From positions 1 through 53,284 of the forward strand of contig CAYICZ010000003.1 in assembly GCA_964362195.1 (NCBI GenBank): 53,284 nucleotides of DNA, in the 5' to 3' direction. The translations under genes were made by a program, and so were the position numbers. Each line of letters starts with the position of its first letter. The first letter of the stretch is position 1. Below, in pieces: positions 38,224 through 46,911 of the stretch. Below the pieces are notes generated by a model. It searched no databases. It was not told the DNA's origin and saw only the letters and a list, made by a program, of their open reading frames with translations. The stretch comes from an uncultured Gammaproteobacteria bacterium. Its GTDB lineage: Bacteria; Patescibacteriota; Microgenomatia; Daviesbacterales; UBA10151.

Positions 38224-38483
38224 ATTCTTCTTCTTCGTATCCTTTCCTCTATGGTATAGCCTGTTGTAGCAATCCAGGTTGCAACTGGTCTCGTAAGTCT
38301 TGCCACAATTTTTGCCATAGCTCTTTCTATAGGATTACTATAATCACCTTCTTCTACTCTAAGAGCGTTCTCGAAAAAAACCTGATAAAAAGGTCCAACA
38401 TCACCAGATTCTACAAATTCACGATATGCGTCTTCCACTTTCTTTCTCCCGTCCTCTCGATCAGGTTGACTTTCTGTATTCAT
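38220..38483 (-). CDS. Hypothetical protein (87 aa) between grpE and dnaK
   Basis: ATGA overlaps with both grpE and dnaK; predicted helical. Confidence 0.6.
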   Translation of the reverse strand: MNTESQPDREDGRKKVEDAYREFVESGDVGPFYQVFFENALRVEEGDYSNPIERAMAKIVARLTRPVATWIATTGYTIEERIRRRRI

Positions 38484-38965
38484 AGTTTACTTGTCATTCT
38501 GGCTTGTCCAGAATCTTCCGACTTTCGCCCGACCACCACCTGGGCAGGCCTCAGAACTTTTCCATTTAAATTATACCCTTTTCTGACAACTTCTAATATT
38601 TTATTATCTTCACCATCCCTGGTGTCAACTGCCTCATGAAGGGCCGGATCAAATTGGACGCCTGTCACAATTTCCTCCAAACCTTCAGACTGTAAAACCT
38701 GTTCAAACTCTTTAACAGCCAGTTCCACTCCCTTAACCCAACCTGACTGTTTTTCTGCCTCACTTACTCCAGAAAGTGCCTGTTCCAAATGATCTAAAAC
38801 CGGGAGTAACTTTCTTAAAAGTTCTGCTCCCATATAATTTGTCAGCTCTGACCTACCTTCAGACACTCTTTTTTCCAGATTATGATAATCAGCTACTGCT
38901 CTTTTTAGCTGATTTTCTAAATCTAATACTCTTTGTTCTAATTGGTTATCTTTTTTCTTATGCAT
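38480..38965 (-). CDS. grpE: Nucleotide exchange factor GrpE
   Basis: KRAVADYHNLEKR, LLPVLDHLE, FDPALHEAV, KGYNLNGKVLRPAQVVV. Confidence 0.97.
   Translation of the reverse strand: MHKKKDNQLEQRVLDLENQLKRAVADYHNLEKRVSEGRSELTNYMGAELLRKLLPVLDHLEQALSGVSEAEKQSGWVKGVELAVKEFEQVLQSEGLEEIVTGVQFDPALHEAVDTRDGEDNKILEVVRKGYNLNGKVLRPAQVVVGRKSEDSGQARMTSKL
38493..38515 (-). repeat. REP-like palindromic element within the grpE 3' end
   Basis: GATTCTGG-ACAAG-CCAGAAT-GAC; encodes DSGQARMT after the conserved GrpE end. Confidence 0.55.
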
Positions 38966-38967
38966 AT

Positions 38968-39696
38968 TTAAATCCTGATTGCTTCATTAAGCAAATTCCT
39001 AACATATTTAACATAAGGCAGAACTAATGAAAAATTCATCCTGGCAGGTCCTATTACTCCTATGACACCGGTTTTATTTGTGCTCACATCATATTTTGTA
39101 AACACAAAACTGGTTGGACGCAAATACTCAAACTCCATATCCTCACCAAATAAAATATGTATCGGGTCTGCTCCCACTGCCCTGCCTATAATCTCTGCTA
39201 ACCTTGGGTTTTCATCAAAAAGCCCTAAAACAAAGCGGGTGACATCAATATCATAAAACTCCGGCCAATCCAAAATATTTGCCGCTCCTGCATAATACAA
39301 CTGTCCTTCATCATCTATAGCCAGTCCCAGCATATCACAACGGTTTGCCAAAGCTGCTACGGCTTCCTTAATCAATCGTTCCTGCTTATACCGCTGCTGC
39401 CACATCTTCTCTTTTATAGAAACCTCAGCAGTGATAGGCAAAGTCTTTTCCTTCATCAGTTCCTGAATATAAAATCTCATGCCCAAAGATGTTGGTGCTC
39501 TTCCTGCAGATGTATGAGGCTGTCTTAAATAGCCCATATCAGTTAACTTACTCATCTCAATCCGAATAGTTGCAGGGGAAACCCCAAGGGTGTGTTTGCG
39601 CTCAATCACCTCAGAACCCACAGGTTCTGCATTTTCTATATACTCTTCAATAATTGCTTTTAAAAGTGCTTTTTGCCGATCAGTTAAATCTGCCAT
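38968..39696 (-). CDS. hrcA: Heat-inducible repressor HrcA, compact form
   Basis: LTDRQKALLKAIIEEYI...PVGS...SPATIR, QPHTSAGRAPT, GVIGPARMNF. Start placed at ATG 39696. Confidence 0.95.
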   Translation of the reverse strand: MADLTDRQKALLKAIIEEYIENAEPVGSEVIERKHTLGVSPATIRIEMSKLTDMGYLRQPHTSAGRAPTSLGMRFYIQELMKEKTLPITAEVSIKEKMWQQRYKQERLIKEAVAALANRCDMLGLAIDDEGQLYYAGAANILDWPEFYDIDVTRFVLGLFDENPRLAEIIGRAVGADPIHILFGEDMEFEYLRPTSFVFTKYDVSTNKTGVIGVIGPARMNFSLVLPYVKYVRNLLNEAIRI

Positions 39697-39700
39697 TTTA

Positions 39701-39737
39701 CTAGCAGTAATATACAACGAGTGCTAACTGTTGTCAA
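39701..39737 (-). promoter_or_regulatory. CIRCE operator overlapping the hrcA-operon sigma70 promoter
   Basis: TTAGCACTC-N9-TACTGCTAG (39727-39701): one arm perfect, the other 6/9. TTGACA (39737-32), 17 nt, TATATT (39714-09). Confidence 0.9.
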
Positions 39738-39764
39738 GGCCTAAATTGTAGTAGAATTAGCTAC

Positions 39765-40460
39765 ATGAGAGTCCTTATTGTTGGCAAAGATGCAAAAGAT
39801 TTAGAAGAATTGGTTAAAAATTCTGGATTTGAAATAGTAGATAAAAATCCTGATCTGATTTTAAGTTTTGGAGGGGATGGGACGCTACTATCCTGTGAAA
39901 GACAATATCCGGGAATTCCTAAACTCCCTATCAGAAATAGCCAGTTCTGCAAAAAATGTCCTAAACATAAAGATGAAGTTATTTTAAAAAAGCTTAATCT
40001 GGATGAATTAAAACTCACAGAGTGCAAAAAATTAGAAACAGAAGTACTGTTTAAAAAAAATTTTTGCTTAAATGATTTTGTTATCAGAAATTCCTCTCCA
40101 ACCCACGCCATAAGATTTAAAATTTCAGACAAGTTATTAATCGGTGACGGGATTGTCATCTCAACTCCTTTAGGTTCCACCGGTTACTTTAAGTCTATTA
40201 CTCAACAAAGCTTTAGGAAAGGTTTTGGGGTGGCCTTTAATAATACTACGGAAAAAGCTGATCCTTTGTTTTTAAAAGATAAAGATTCAGTTAGATTTAA
40301 TTTAGTAAGAGGCAAGGCCACTTTATCTTTTGATAACAGCCCGGATATTTTTACCATAGATGAAGGCTCAGAGTTAATTTTTAAATTATCAGACCAGGTG
40401 ACCAGAATTTATTCAGACACCTCTCTCCGCTGCCCTAACTGTAAAGTAATCAGAGGTTAG
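39765..40460 (+). CDS. NAD kinase-like protein
   Basis: LSFGGDGTLL, LNDFVI, GDGIVISTPLGSTGY; carries two extra CxxC motifs. Confidence 0.85.
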   Translation: MRVLIVGKDAKDLEELVKNSGFEIVDKNPDLILSFGGDGTLLSCERQYPGIPKLPIRNSQFCKKCPKHKDEVILKKLNLDELKLTECKKLETEVLFKKNFCLNDFVIRNSSPTHAIRFKISDKLLIGDGIVISTPLGSTGYFKSITQQSFRKGFGVAFNNTTEKADPLFLKDKDSVRFNLVRGKATLSFDNSPDIFTIDEGSELIFKLSDQVTRIYSDTSLRCPNCKVIRG

Positions 40461-41103
40461 GTAATACTTCATTTAAACTATTTAATAATTTATCTGCATG
40501 ACTAAAATCTTGTCCCTTTGTATATTGGCTGGGGATTGCAAAGACTTTCATACCAGCAGCCTTCCCTGCCTCAACACCCTTTGGTGCATCTTCCAATACT
40601 AAACATGCATCCGGACTAACTCCCAATTTTTCAGCTGCCAGCAAATATACATCAGGAGCAGGTTTACCATGTTCCACCTCTTCAGCTGAGGCAATAGCAT
40701 CAATTAATGAACCTATTTTAAGTCCGTCTATTATTATTTTGATGGTTTCTAATTGAGAGCTTGAGGCAATGGCAATTTTATATCCATCTTTTTTAAGATT
40801 TACTAATAACTCCCTTAAACCTGGTTGTGCAACTACATTGTTTTTTAGCAGCTGTTTTATCTTTTCTTGTTTTGCTTGAACCAACTCTTCAGCAGAAATT
40901 GGCAGATTAAATCTAACCACCATATCTTTGGCCCCATCAATATCAGGAATACTTATATATCTTTTGGCATTTTCCTCTTCTGTTAGATATTTGCTGTATG
41001 TTTTAAATACAAGATTAAAAGCCTTGAGATGCACTGGCTCTGTATCAACCATCAACCCATCCATATCAAAAAGCACTGCTTTAATTTTTTTCATATTAGA
41101 CAA
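40450..41103 (-). CDS. HAD-family phosphatase
   Basis: LFDMDGLMVDT, IASSS, GKPAPD, VLEDAPKG. Confidence 0.93.
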   Translation of the reverse strand: MSNMKKIKAVLFDMDGLMVDTEPVHLKAFNLVFKTYSKYLTEEENAKRYISIPDIDGAKDMVVRFNLPISAEELVQAKQEKIKQLLKNNVVAQPGLRELLVNLKKDGYKIAIASSSQLETIKIIIDGLKIGSLIDAIASAEEVEHGKPAPDVYLLAAEKLGVSPDACLVLEDAPKGVEAGKAAGMKVFAIPSQYTKGQDFSHADKLLNSLNEVLPNL

Positions 41104-42070
41104 CCGCTGATTCTAGGAAGTTTAATTCCTTTTTGGAAGTATCAAAAGAGACTTTGATCCCAATTGGCATTGGGATATTGACAGTAAAATGCCCAAAATC
41201 CAAATTTGCCATTATTGGAAAATCATAATCTTTTAAAATATCTAAAACCATCTCTTTTGCAGTTGGTTCAACAACATCTTTCTCCCTGGCTGGTTTTATG
41301 TATTTTATTTTTCCGATTAACATTCCGGAAATTTTATCCAAAATTCCCAAATATTTTAGCTGAGTTAAGTATCTCGCAGTATTGTGTAATGGTTCTCCAA
41401 CTTCCTCCCAAAATAATATAGCCCCTGCAAAATCCTCCTTAGGTGAAATATATTCTGTGCCGGCTAAATTAACAATTAAATGTGCATTCCCCCCAATCAA
41501 ATGTCCTTCTGCTTTTCCTTTCTTCCACTCTTCCCAATCTGATAATGGTCTTATTATCCCGGGAGCTTCTGCTTTTGTTAAAAACTTTAAGAAAAATTCT
41601 TTATCTAAAGCCACAGAATTATCTTGATCTTTTCCAGAAGCTCCGCCAAAACCAAAAGTCACATCATCCATATGAAATCCAACTATACCTGTTTTTGTAA
41701 AAATTGCCAGATGATATGCAGTCATATCAGACATACCAATAAATGGTTTGGGGTTATGAGTTATTAGTTCGTAGTTAAGATGCTCAAGAACTGAGATTGC
41801 GGAATATCCGCCTGTTTGAGCCATAATAGCTTTAATATTTTTATCAGCAAACATAGAGTTAATATCCTCTGCTACCTCCTTTGGAGTTCCAGCCATCCAC
41901 CATCTTGTCTTACCTATTGTTTTCCCCTCTTTAATTTTAAAACCCATATCTTCTATAAGTTTTTTCCCACGTTCATAGTTTTCTCTAAAAGACGGTAAAA
42001 CAGGTAAAGAAGAGGCAACAATTCCAATTGTGTCTCCTTTATTTAATCTTTGAGGCTTGATAATTTTCAC
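41096..42070 (-). CDS. S66-family LD-carboxypeptidase (LdcA/MccF-like)
   Basis: IKPQRLNKGDTIGIVASS, TGGY, GMSD (Ser), WEEV (Glu), FGH (His). Start placed at GTG 42070, with TATAAT 6 nt upstream. Confidence 0.9.
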   Translation of the reverse strand: MKIIKPQRLNKGDTIGIVASSLPVLPSFRENYERGKKLIEDMGFKIKEGKTIGKTRWWMAGTPKEVAEDINSMFADKNIKAIMAQTGGYSAISVLEHLNYELITHNPKPFIGMSDMTAYHLAIFTKTGIVGFHMDDVTFGFGGASGKDQDNSVALDKEFFLKFLTKAEAPGIIRPLSDWEEWKKGKAEGHLIGGNAHLIVNLAGTEYISPKEDFAGAILFWEEVGEPLHNTARYLTQLKYLGILDKISGMLIGKIKYIKPAREKDVVEPTAKEMVLDILKDYDFPIMANLDFGHFTVNIPMPIGIKVSFDTSKKELNFLESAVV

Positions 42071-42089
42071 TGCTCCATTATACAAAAAC

Positions 42090-42299
42090 TCATGATTTAC
42101 TGCAGGTCTTGCAGTCTGATATGTGTGTGGCTGCGATATAGACGGCTGATACCCCAACCAAAATATAGACAATCTTCTCAACCATTGGCCAGGAACCTAA
42201 GACAGTATTAACCAGGTTTAAATTAAATAAAGCCCAAAGACCCCAGTTTAAACCACCAACTACCAACAGGGCAAATGCAACATAATGAAGTGCTTTCAA
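42090..42299 (-). CDS. DUF378-family small membrane protein
   Basis: LLVVGGLNWGL...NLV...IVYILVGVSAVY. TTG start follows SD AAGGAGGTGA. Confidence 0.88.
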   Translation of the reverse strand: MKALHYVAFALLVVGGLNWGLWALFNLNLVNTVLGSWPMVEKIVYILVGVSAVYIAATHISDCKTCSKS

Positions 42300-42314
42300 A
42301 AAAATCACCTCCTT

Positions 42315-42346
42315 CTTCGGTCGCCGAAGTTTCTAACGAAGGCGAC
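42315..42346. repeat. REP-like palindromic element
   Basis: GTCGCC-GAAGTTTCTAACGAA-GGCGAC, with an alternative stem CTTCGG-TCG-CCGAAG. Confidence 0.45.
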
Positions 42347-42377
42347 TCTTCTTCCAGTGTACTCACAAAAAGAGATT

Positions 42378-42908
42378 TTAATCAAGACGGTAAGTCCATC
42401 CTGGTTGCCAGTTCCACGGAGTAGAAATAATTTCTTCTAAAGAAAGTTCCTTAACCCAATGTTCCAGTCCATATTGGGTAGCCCTGTGTCCAATAATCAT
42501 TACTTTTTTACCTTGATAATTTTTCTTTAAATCGTCCAAAAAACTTTTCATTCTTTGAGAAGTTTGCTCATAACTTTCTCCGTTTGGAAAAGGAGTCGAG
42601 ATATGTTTTATTTTTAGTGGATCAACTTCGGAAGACGGATATTTGGTTAAATCTCCATAATCACATTCTCTTAATCTTTTATCTTTAATAATAGAAAATC
42701 TTTCCCCAAAAGCAATTTCTGCGCTTTTATATGATCTTTGCAAATCAGAACAAAAAATTGCATCAAAATTTTGATCTTTATATCTTTCGCCTAACTCTTT
42801 GGCCTGCATTTTGCCAAGTTCTGATAATGCCACATCGTTATGCCCGGATGCCAAATAAGCTTCATTATCTAAACTTGTGGAATGTGCTTCAAAAATTATA
42901 GTTACCAT
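42378..42908 (-). CDS. Histidine phosphatase (phosphoglycerate-mutase-like) family protein
   Basis: IFEAHSTS (variant of RHG), CSDLQRS, LRECDYG, GES, IGH. Confidence 0.85.
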   Translation of the reverse strand: MVTIIFEAHSTSLDNEAYLASGHNDVALSELGKMQAKELGERYKDQNFDAIFCSDLQRSYKSAEIAFGERFSIIKDKRLRECDYGDLTKYPSSEVDPLKIKHISTPFPNGESYEQTSQRMKSFLDDLKKNYQGKKVMIIGHRATQYGLEHWVKELSLEEIISTPWNWQPGWTYRLD

Positions 42909-42917
42909 TAGAATATG

Positions 42918-43107
42918 TCATTCTTTAAAACATTTATCACATTCCCAATATTCAATTTTTTTCTTTTTCCTCACCAATTCTTCCAAAATAATTACCGCCC
43001 TTATATCTTCTATTTGGTAAACGATGCACTATAATTTCTGCACTGCATATTGCGCAAGACCTCATCATGATTTCGTCTTGCGAAGGGTTTTTACTATTTT
43101 TATCCAT
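42918..43107 (-). pseudogene. Small C4 zinc-finger gene with a one-base frameshift at an A7 run
   Basis: Not in the ORF track. Frame 1: MDKNSK...SCAICSAEII...YKGGNYFGRIGEEKEKN*. The +1 frame continues IEYWECDKCFKE*. Removing one A gives a 62-aa protein with two CxxC motifs. Confidence 0.65.
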
Positions 43108-43149
43108 AAAGTAATTATCTGTCTCATTGAACCTAAAAGCAAGCTAATG

Positions 43150-44901
43150 CTAACTCTTGAGGATAGAAAGGAATGCTTCTTGGGGGATTTCGACGCGCCC
43201 AATCATTTTCATTTTTTTCTTACCTTTTTTCTGTTTTTCTAAAAGTTTATTTTTTCTGGTCACGTCCCCGCCATATAATTTAGCTGTAACATCTTTTCTA
43301 AAAGCAGATACTGTTTCTCTGGCTATAATTTTTCCCCCCATAGTTGCCTGCACTGCCACTTCAAAATTATGCCTTGGCAAAACATCTTTTAATTTTATCA
43401 CCATATTTCTGCCAAAACTTTCGGCTTTTTCTCTTACCACAATAGTAGACAGCGCATCTACTTTTTCACCTGAAACCATAATATCCACCCTGACGCCGTC
43501 CACTTCCCTAAATTTCAAAAATTCCCAGTCAAGTGAAGCAAAACCTGAGGAAACAGATTTTAACCGGTCATAAAAATTAGTCACCATATCAGATAACGGC
43601 ATTTCATAACTCATCTCCACCTGAGATCCGAAATGTTCCATGTTTAAAAACTTGCCTCTTTTATCCTGCACTAATTCCATCACCGGACCAATAAAGGTTT
43701 GCGGTACAAAAATCCGCAATTTTACCCAGGGCTCAGAAATAGAGTGAAAAGTGTTGAGTTCTGAGGGATTAGTCAGGATTTGACCATCTACCAAATACTC
43801 AACTGATGGAGCTGTGGCTAACAAATCCACATTAAACTCTGTCAATAATCTCTCCTGCACCACTTCTGCATGCAGCAATCCTAAAAAACCGCATCTAAAT
43901 CCTGCCCCCAAAGCCTGGGACTTTTCAGGCAAATAGGAAAAAGCCGGATCGCTTAAGCGAAATTTAGCTAATGCTTCTTTCAGCTCAAAATATTCGCCTG
44001 AATCAATGGGGAAAAGCCCAACATATACCATCGGCTTAACTTGTTTGTATCCAGGCAAAGCCTCTGTTGCAAAATCAACAGCAATAGTATCCCCAACTCT
44101 CACTAAATCAGGCTGTTTGATGCCTGTTGCAATATAGCCAATCTCCCCACCTTTTAATCCATTATTTAAAATTAACTGCGGAGCAAAAAAACCTGTTTCT
44201 AAAATATGACCCTCTGCTTTAGTTTGTAAAAAACAAATTTTGCTGTTAACCGAAGGAGTAGCACCTTCCATGATTCGAACTTGGGCAATAACTCCTTTGA
44301 AAGAATCAAAAAAGCTGTCAAATATTAAAGCTTTTAAAGGCTTCTCAATTTCCTGTTTAGGAGCTGGAATTCTAGTAATTATTGCTTCCAAAAGCTCGGT
44401 TACTCCTTCTCCTGTTTTTCCGGAAACTAAAAGTATTTCTTCCTTATTAAATCCAAATGTTTCCACCAGCTGTTTTTTACAGCTCTCTATATCAGCATTT
44501 GGCAGATCAATTTTGTTAACAACAGGAATTAAGGTCAGGTTTTGCTCCATGGCAGCTAAACCATGAGCCAATGTTTGCGCCTGAATTCCCTGTGTTGCAT
44601 CTACCAAAAGTATTACTCCCTCAACAGCAGCCAAAGCCCGGGATACTTCATAAGAAAAATCAACATGGCCTGGAGTGTCTATTAAATTTAGTACATAGTT
44701 CATAGAACCTAGTTCATAGTTCAATCGCACAGGGGCAAGTTTAATGGTAATGCCACGCTCGCGCTCCAGCGCTAGAGAATCCAACAGCTGTGGCTGCATT
44801 TTATCTTTAGCAACAGTTCCGGTAATTTCCAAAAACCGATCAGCCAAAGTTGATTTACCATGATCAACATGGGCAATAATGGAGAAGTTCCTAATATTCA
44901 T
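43150..44901 (-). CDS. lepA: Elongation factor 4
   Basis: IRNFSIIAHVDHGKSTLADR, RERGITIK, GFRCGFLGLLH, AKLYGGDVTRKNKLLEKQKKGK. Confidence 0.99.
   Translation of the reverse strand: MNIRNFSIIAHVDHGKSTLADRFLEITGTVAKDKMQPQLLDSLALERERGITIKLAPVRLNYELGSMNYVLNLIDTPGHVDFSYEVSRALAAVEGVILLVDATQGIQAQTLAHGLAAMEQNLTLIPVVNKIDLPNADIESCKKQLVETFGFNKEEILLVSGKTGEGVTELLEAIITRIPAPKQEIEKPLKALIFDSFFDSFKGVIAQVRIMEGATPSVNSKICFLQTKAEGHILETGFFAPQLILNNGLKGGEIGYIATGIKQPDLVRVGDTIAVDFATEALPGYKQVKPMVYVGLFPIDSGEYFELKEALAKFRLSDPAFSYLPEKSQALGAGFRCGFLGLLHAEVVQERLLTEFNVDLLATAPSVEYLVDGQILTNPSELNTFHSISEPWVKLRIFVPQTFIGPVMELVQDKRGKFLNMEHFGSQVEMSYEMPLSDMVTNFYDRLKSVSSGFASLDWEFLKFREVDGVRVDIMVSGEKVDALSTIVVREKAESFGRNMVIKLKDVLPRHNFEVAVQATMGGKIIARETVSAFRKDVTAKLYGGDVTRKNKLLEKQKKGKKKMKMIGRVEIPQEAFLSILKS
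44692..44726. repeat. Degenerate 7-bp tandem repeat inside lepA
   Basis: TACATAG TTCATAG AACCTAG TTCATAG TTCAATC; encodes the loop LNYELGSMNYV. Confidence 0.55.
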
Positions 44902-46535
44902 TAGACTGTATCTGAAAGTATCTCTTTGGATTTAAGTTTAGTCTGAAAATTACCGATTCTTTTGAAAAGCTCAACATAAGTATCCAATTCTCTAACTTGA
45001 AGTGACCAAACAACTACCACATAAACAGATAAGGCAAATATGGAAGACGCTCCGGTCAGAACCAAAAGGTTTATTGTCCTTGTTGTATCAAATATAACCT
45101 GATCCAAAAGTTTAATAGGAATGTATAAAGCTACACCCATAATTATTGCTGCCATCAGCATTTTTATAAACGGAATCAGTACATGGCTTAAATTAAATTT
45201 CCCAACTTTAAAATGAAGCGATGTAAAAAGTAATGTAGCTGAGACAATTGCAGAGATCGAATTAGCCAGTCCAATTCCCCATACACCAAGTTTTAAATTC
45301 AAAATAAAATACACGCTTAAGACAATATTCAATGTCACCACAACAAAAGATATCATCACCGGTGTTTTAGTATCTTTAAGTGCATAAAAACCCCTAACCA
45401 ACAAAAGAGAAATCGCTTGAGCAGCAAGCCCTATAGCTAGAAACGCCAAGGTTGCACCGGTTAAAACAGTTGCTTTCCAGTCAAACTGACTGGCTCCAAA
45501 AACAAGCCTGACAATTGGTATTCTTATCACAATCAAAATGGCTGTTGCCGGAAGAGTTAAAAATAAAATCTGATGCAGAGTTGTTAAAATAGTTATCTTA
45601 AACTCGTCTATTTTACCTCTGGATCTCTCTGATGATAAAACCGGCAAGGCAGCTTGTGCTAACGTTGCGCCAAAAAGTCCTATTGGTACAACTTGCAAGT
45701 GCTGCGCAAAAGTTAAAGCTGTAACTGAGCCAATTGAAGCCAAAGATGCCAAAGCCACTCCCACAGTTTCATTAATCTGCTCAGCAGCCAGGCCAAAGGT
45801 GCGAACACTCATCAGTTTTAAGATCTCCTTTACACCTGAGTTAAAAAACTTGAAAGGAAATTTAAATCTAAATCCCAAAGACCAGATTAAAGGAAGCTGA
45901 ACCAAGCCGTGCAGCAACGCGCCTAAAATTACACCATATGCTGCACCGGCAATTCCAAAGTATCTGGATAAAAAAACAATTCCTATAATAATCCCAAGGT
46001 TATAAAAAACCGGAGCAAGAGATGGAATAATAAACCGCTGGAATGATTGTAAAATACCAATGAAAAAAGATCCTAAGATTAGTATCACCTGGCCAAAAAG
46101 AATTATCCTGGTCAAAGATACAACCTGCATTTGTTTCTCGTAGGTAAATCCCGGGGCAATAAAATTTGTAATTATTGGCTGGGCAAGGATATAAATTAAA
46201 ATTGTTACCAGGATAAAAATCATCAGGAAAACATTTAGGACTGCCCTTGCCATATCATATGCGTCCTCTTTGCCGTACTTTTCAAAATGTTCTGTAAAAA
46301 CAGGGATAAACGCCACGGACAGCGCACCCAGGATTACTATTTGAAATATCAGATCCGGCAATCTAAATGCTGCCCAAAAAATATCTATTTTATCCGGCGC
46401 AAATACATGGGCTAGTAGACGGTCACGGATTAAACCTAACACTTTGGAAAACATTAGTGTCGTTGCAATTATGAAGGCCCCTGAAAGAATTGAAGTTTGT
46501 CTGGAATAAAGAAGAGAGAAAATATTTTTAACCAT
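44901..46535 (-). CDS. murJ: Lipid II flippase MurJ
   Basis: SKVLGLIRDRL, AAFRLPD, PIGLFG...ALP, RGFYALKDTKTP; many TMs. Confidence 0.96.
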   Translation of the reverse strand: MVKNIFSLLYSRQTSILSGAFIIATTLMFSKVLGLIRDRLLAHVFAPDKIDIFWAAFRLPDLIFQIVILGALSVAFIPVFTEHFEKYGKEDAYDMARAVLNVFLMIFILVTILIYILAQPIITNFIAPGFTYEKQMQVVSLTRIILFGQVILILGSFFIGILQSFQRFIIPSLAPVFYNLGIIIGIVFLSRYFGIAGAAYGVILGALLHGLVQLPLIWSLGFRFKFPFKFFNSGVKEILKLMSVRTFGLAAEQINETVGVALASLASIGSVTALTFAQHLQVVPIGLFGATLAQAALPVLSSERSRGKIDEFKITILTTLHQILFLTLPATAILIVIRIPIVRLVFGASQFDWKATVLTGATLAFLAIGLAAQAISLLLVRGFYALKDTKTPVMISFVVVTLNIVLSVYFILNLKLGVWGIGLANSISAIVSATLLFTSLHFKVGKFNLSHVLIPFIKMLMAAIIMGVALYIPIKLLDQVIFDTTRTINLLVLTGASSIFALSVYVVVVWSLQVRELDTYVELFKRIGNFQTKLKSKEILSDTV

Positions 46536-46543
46536 TTATTTTT

Positions 46544-46564
46544 AGTGTATCATTATGATACTAT
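46544..46564. promoter_or_regulatory. Back-to-back extended -10 elements for murJ and rpsT
   Basis: Palindrome GTATCA-TTA-TGATAC. TG-A-TACACT lies 8 nt before the murJ ATG (minus); TG-A-TACTAT lies 7 nt before the rpsT ATG (plus). Confidence 0.6.
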
Positions 46565-46571
46565 ACACGCC

Positions 46572-46847
46572 ATGCCTATCATTAAATCGGCCATAAAAAA
46601 AGTCAGAAAAGATAAAACTAGAACTGCCAGGAATCAAAAGCGTCAAGCTACACTAAAAGCTTTGCTTAAAAAAGCCAAAACTACTAAAGGCGCAAACGAT
46701 ATCCAGGCAGCTTTTTCAGCCTTGGATAAAGCTGCAAAGATTAAATTAATCCACCCAAACAAAGCAGCTAGACTTAAATCAAGATTAACAAAAGGTAATT
46801 CTACAGCTTCTGCAAAACCATCTAATAAATCCACAAAGAAAAGCTAA
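46572..46847 (+). CDS. rpsT: 30S ribosomal protein S20
   Basis: MPIIKSAIKKVR...LDKAAKIKLIHPNKAARLKSRL. Start placed at 46572. Confidence 0.97.
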   Translation: MPIIKSAIKKVRKDKTRTARNQKRQATLKALLKKAKTTKGANDIQAAFSALDKAAKIKLIHPNKAARLKSRLTKGNSTASAKPSNKSTKKS

Positions 46848-46911
46848 ATTTCGGATCAGTTGTAAATATTTTTAAAATCTATATAATCATGGTAGTTACT
46901 ACCCAATAACT

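Noticed and set aside
41096-42181. Apparent 92-nt same-strand overlap of the S66 peptidase with the DUF378 gene
   Set aside because: Artefact of the longest-ORF start; GTG 42070, with TATAAT 6 nt upstream, removes the overlap.
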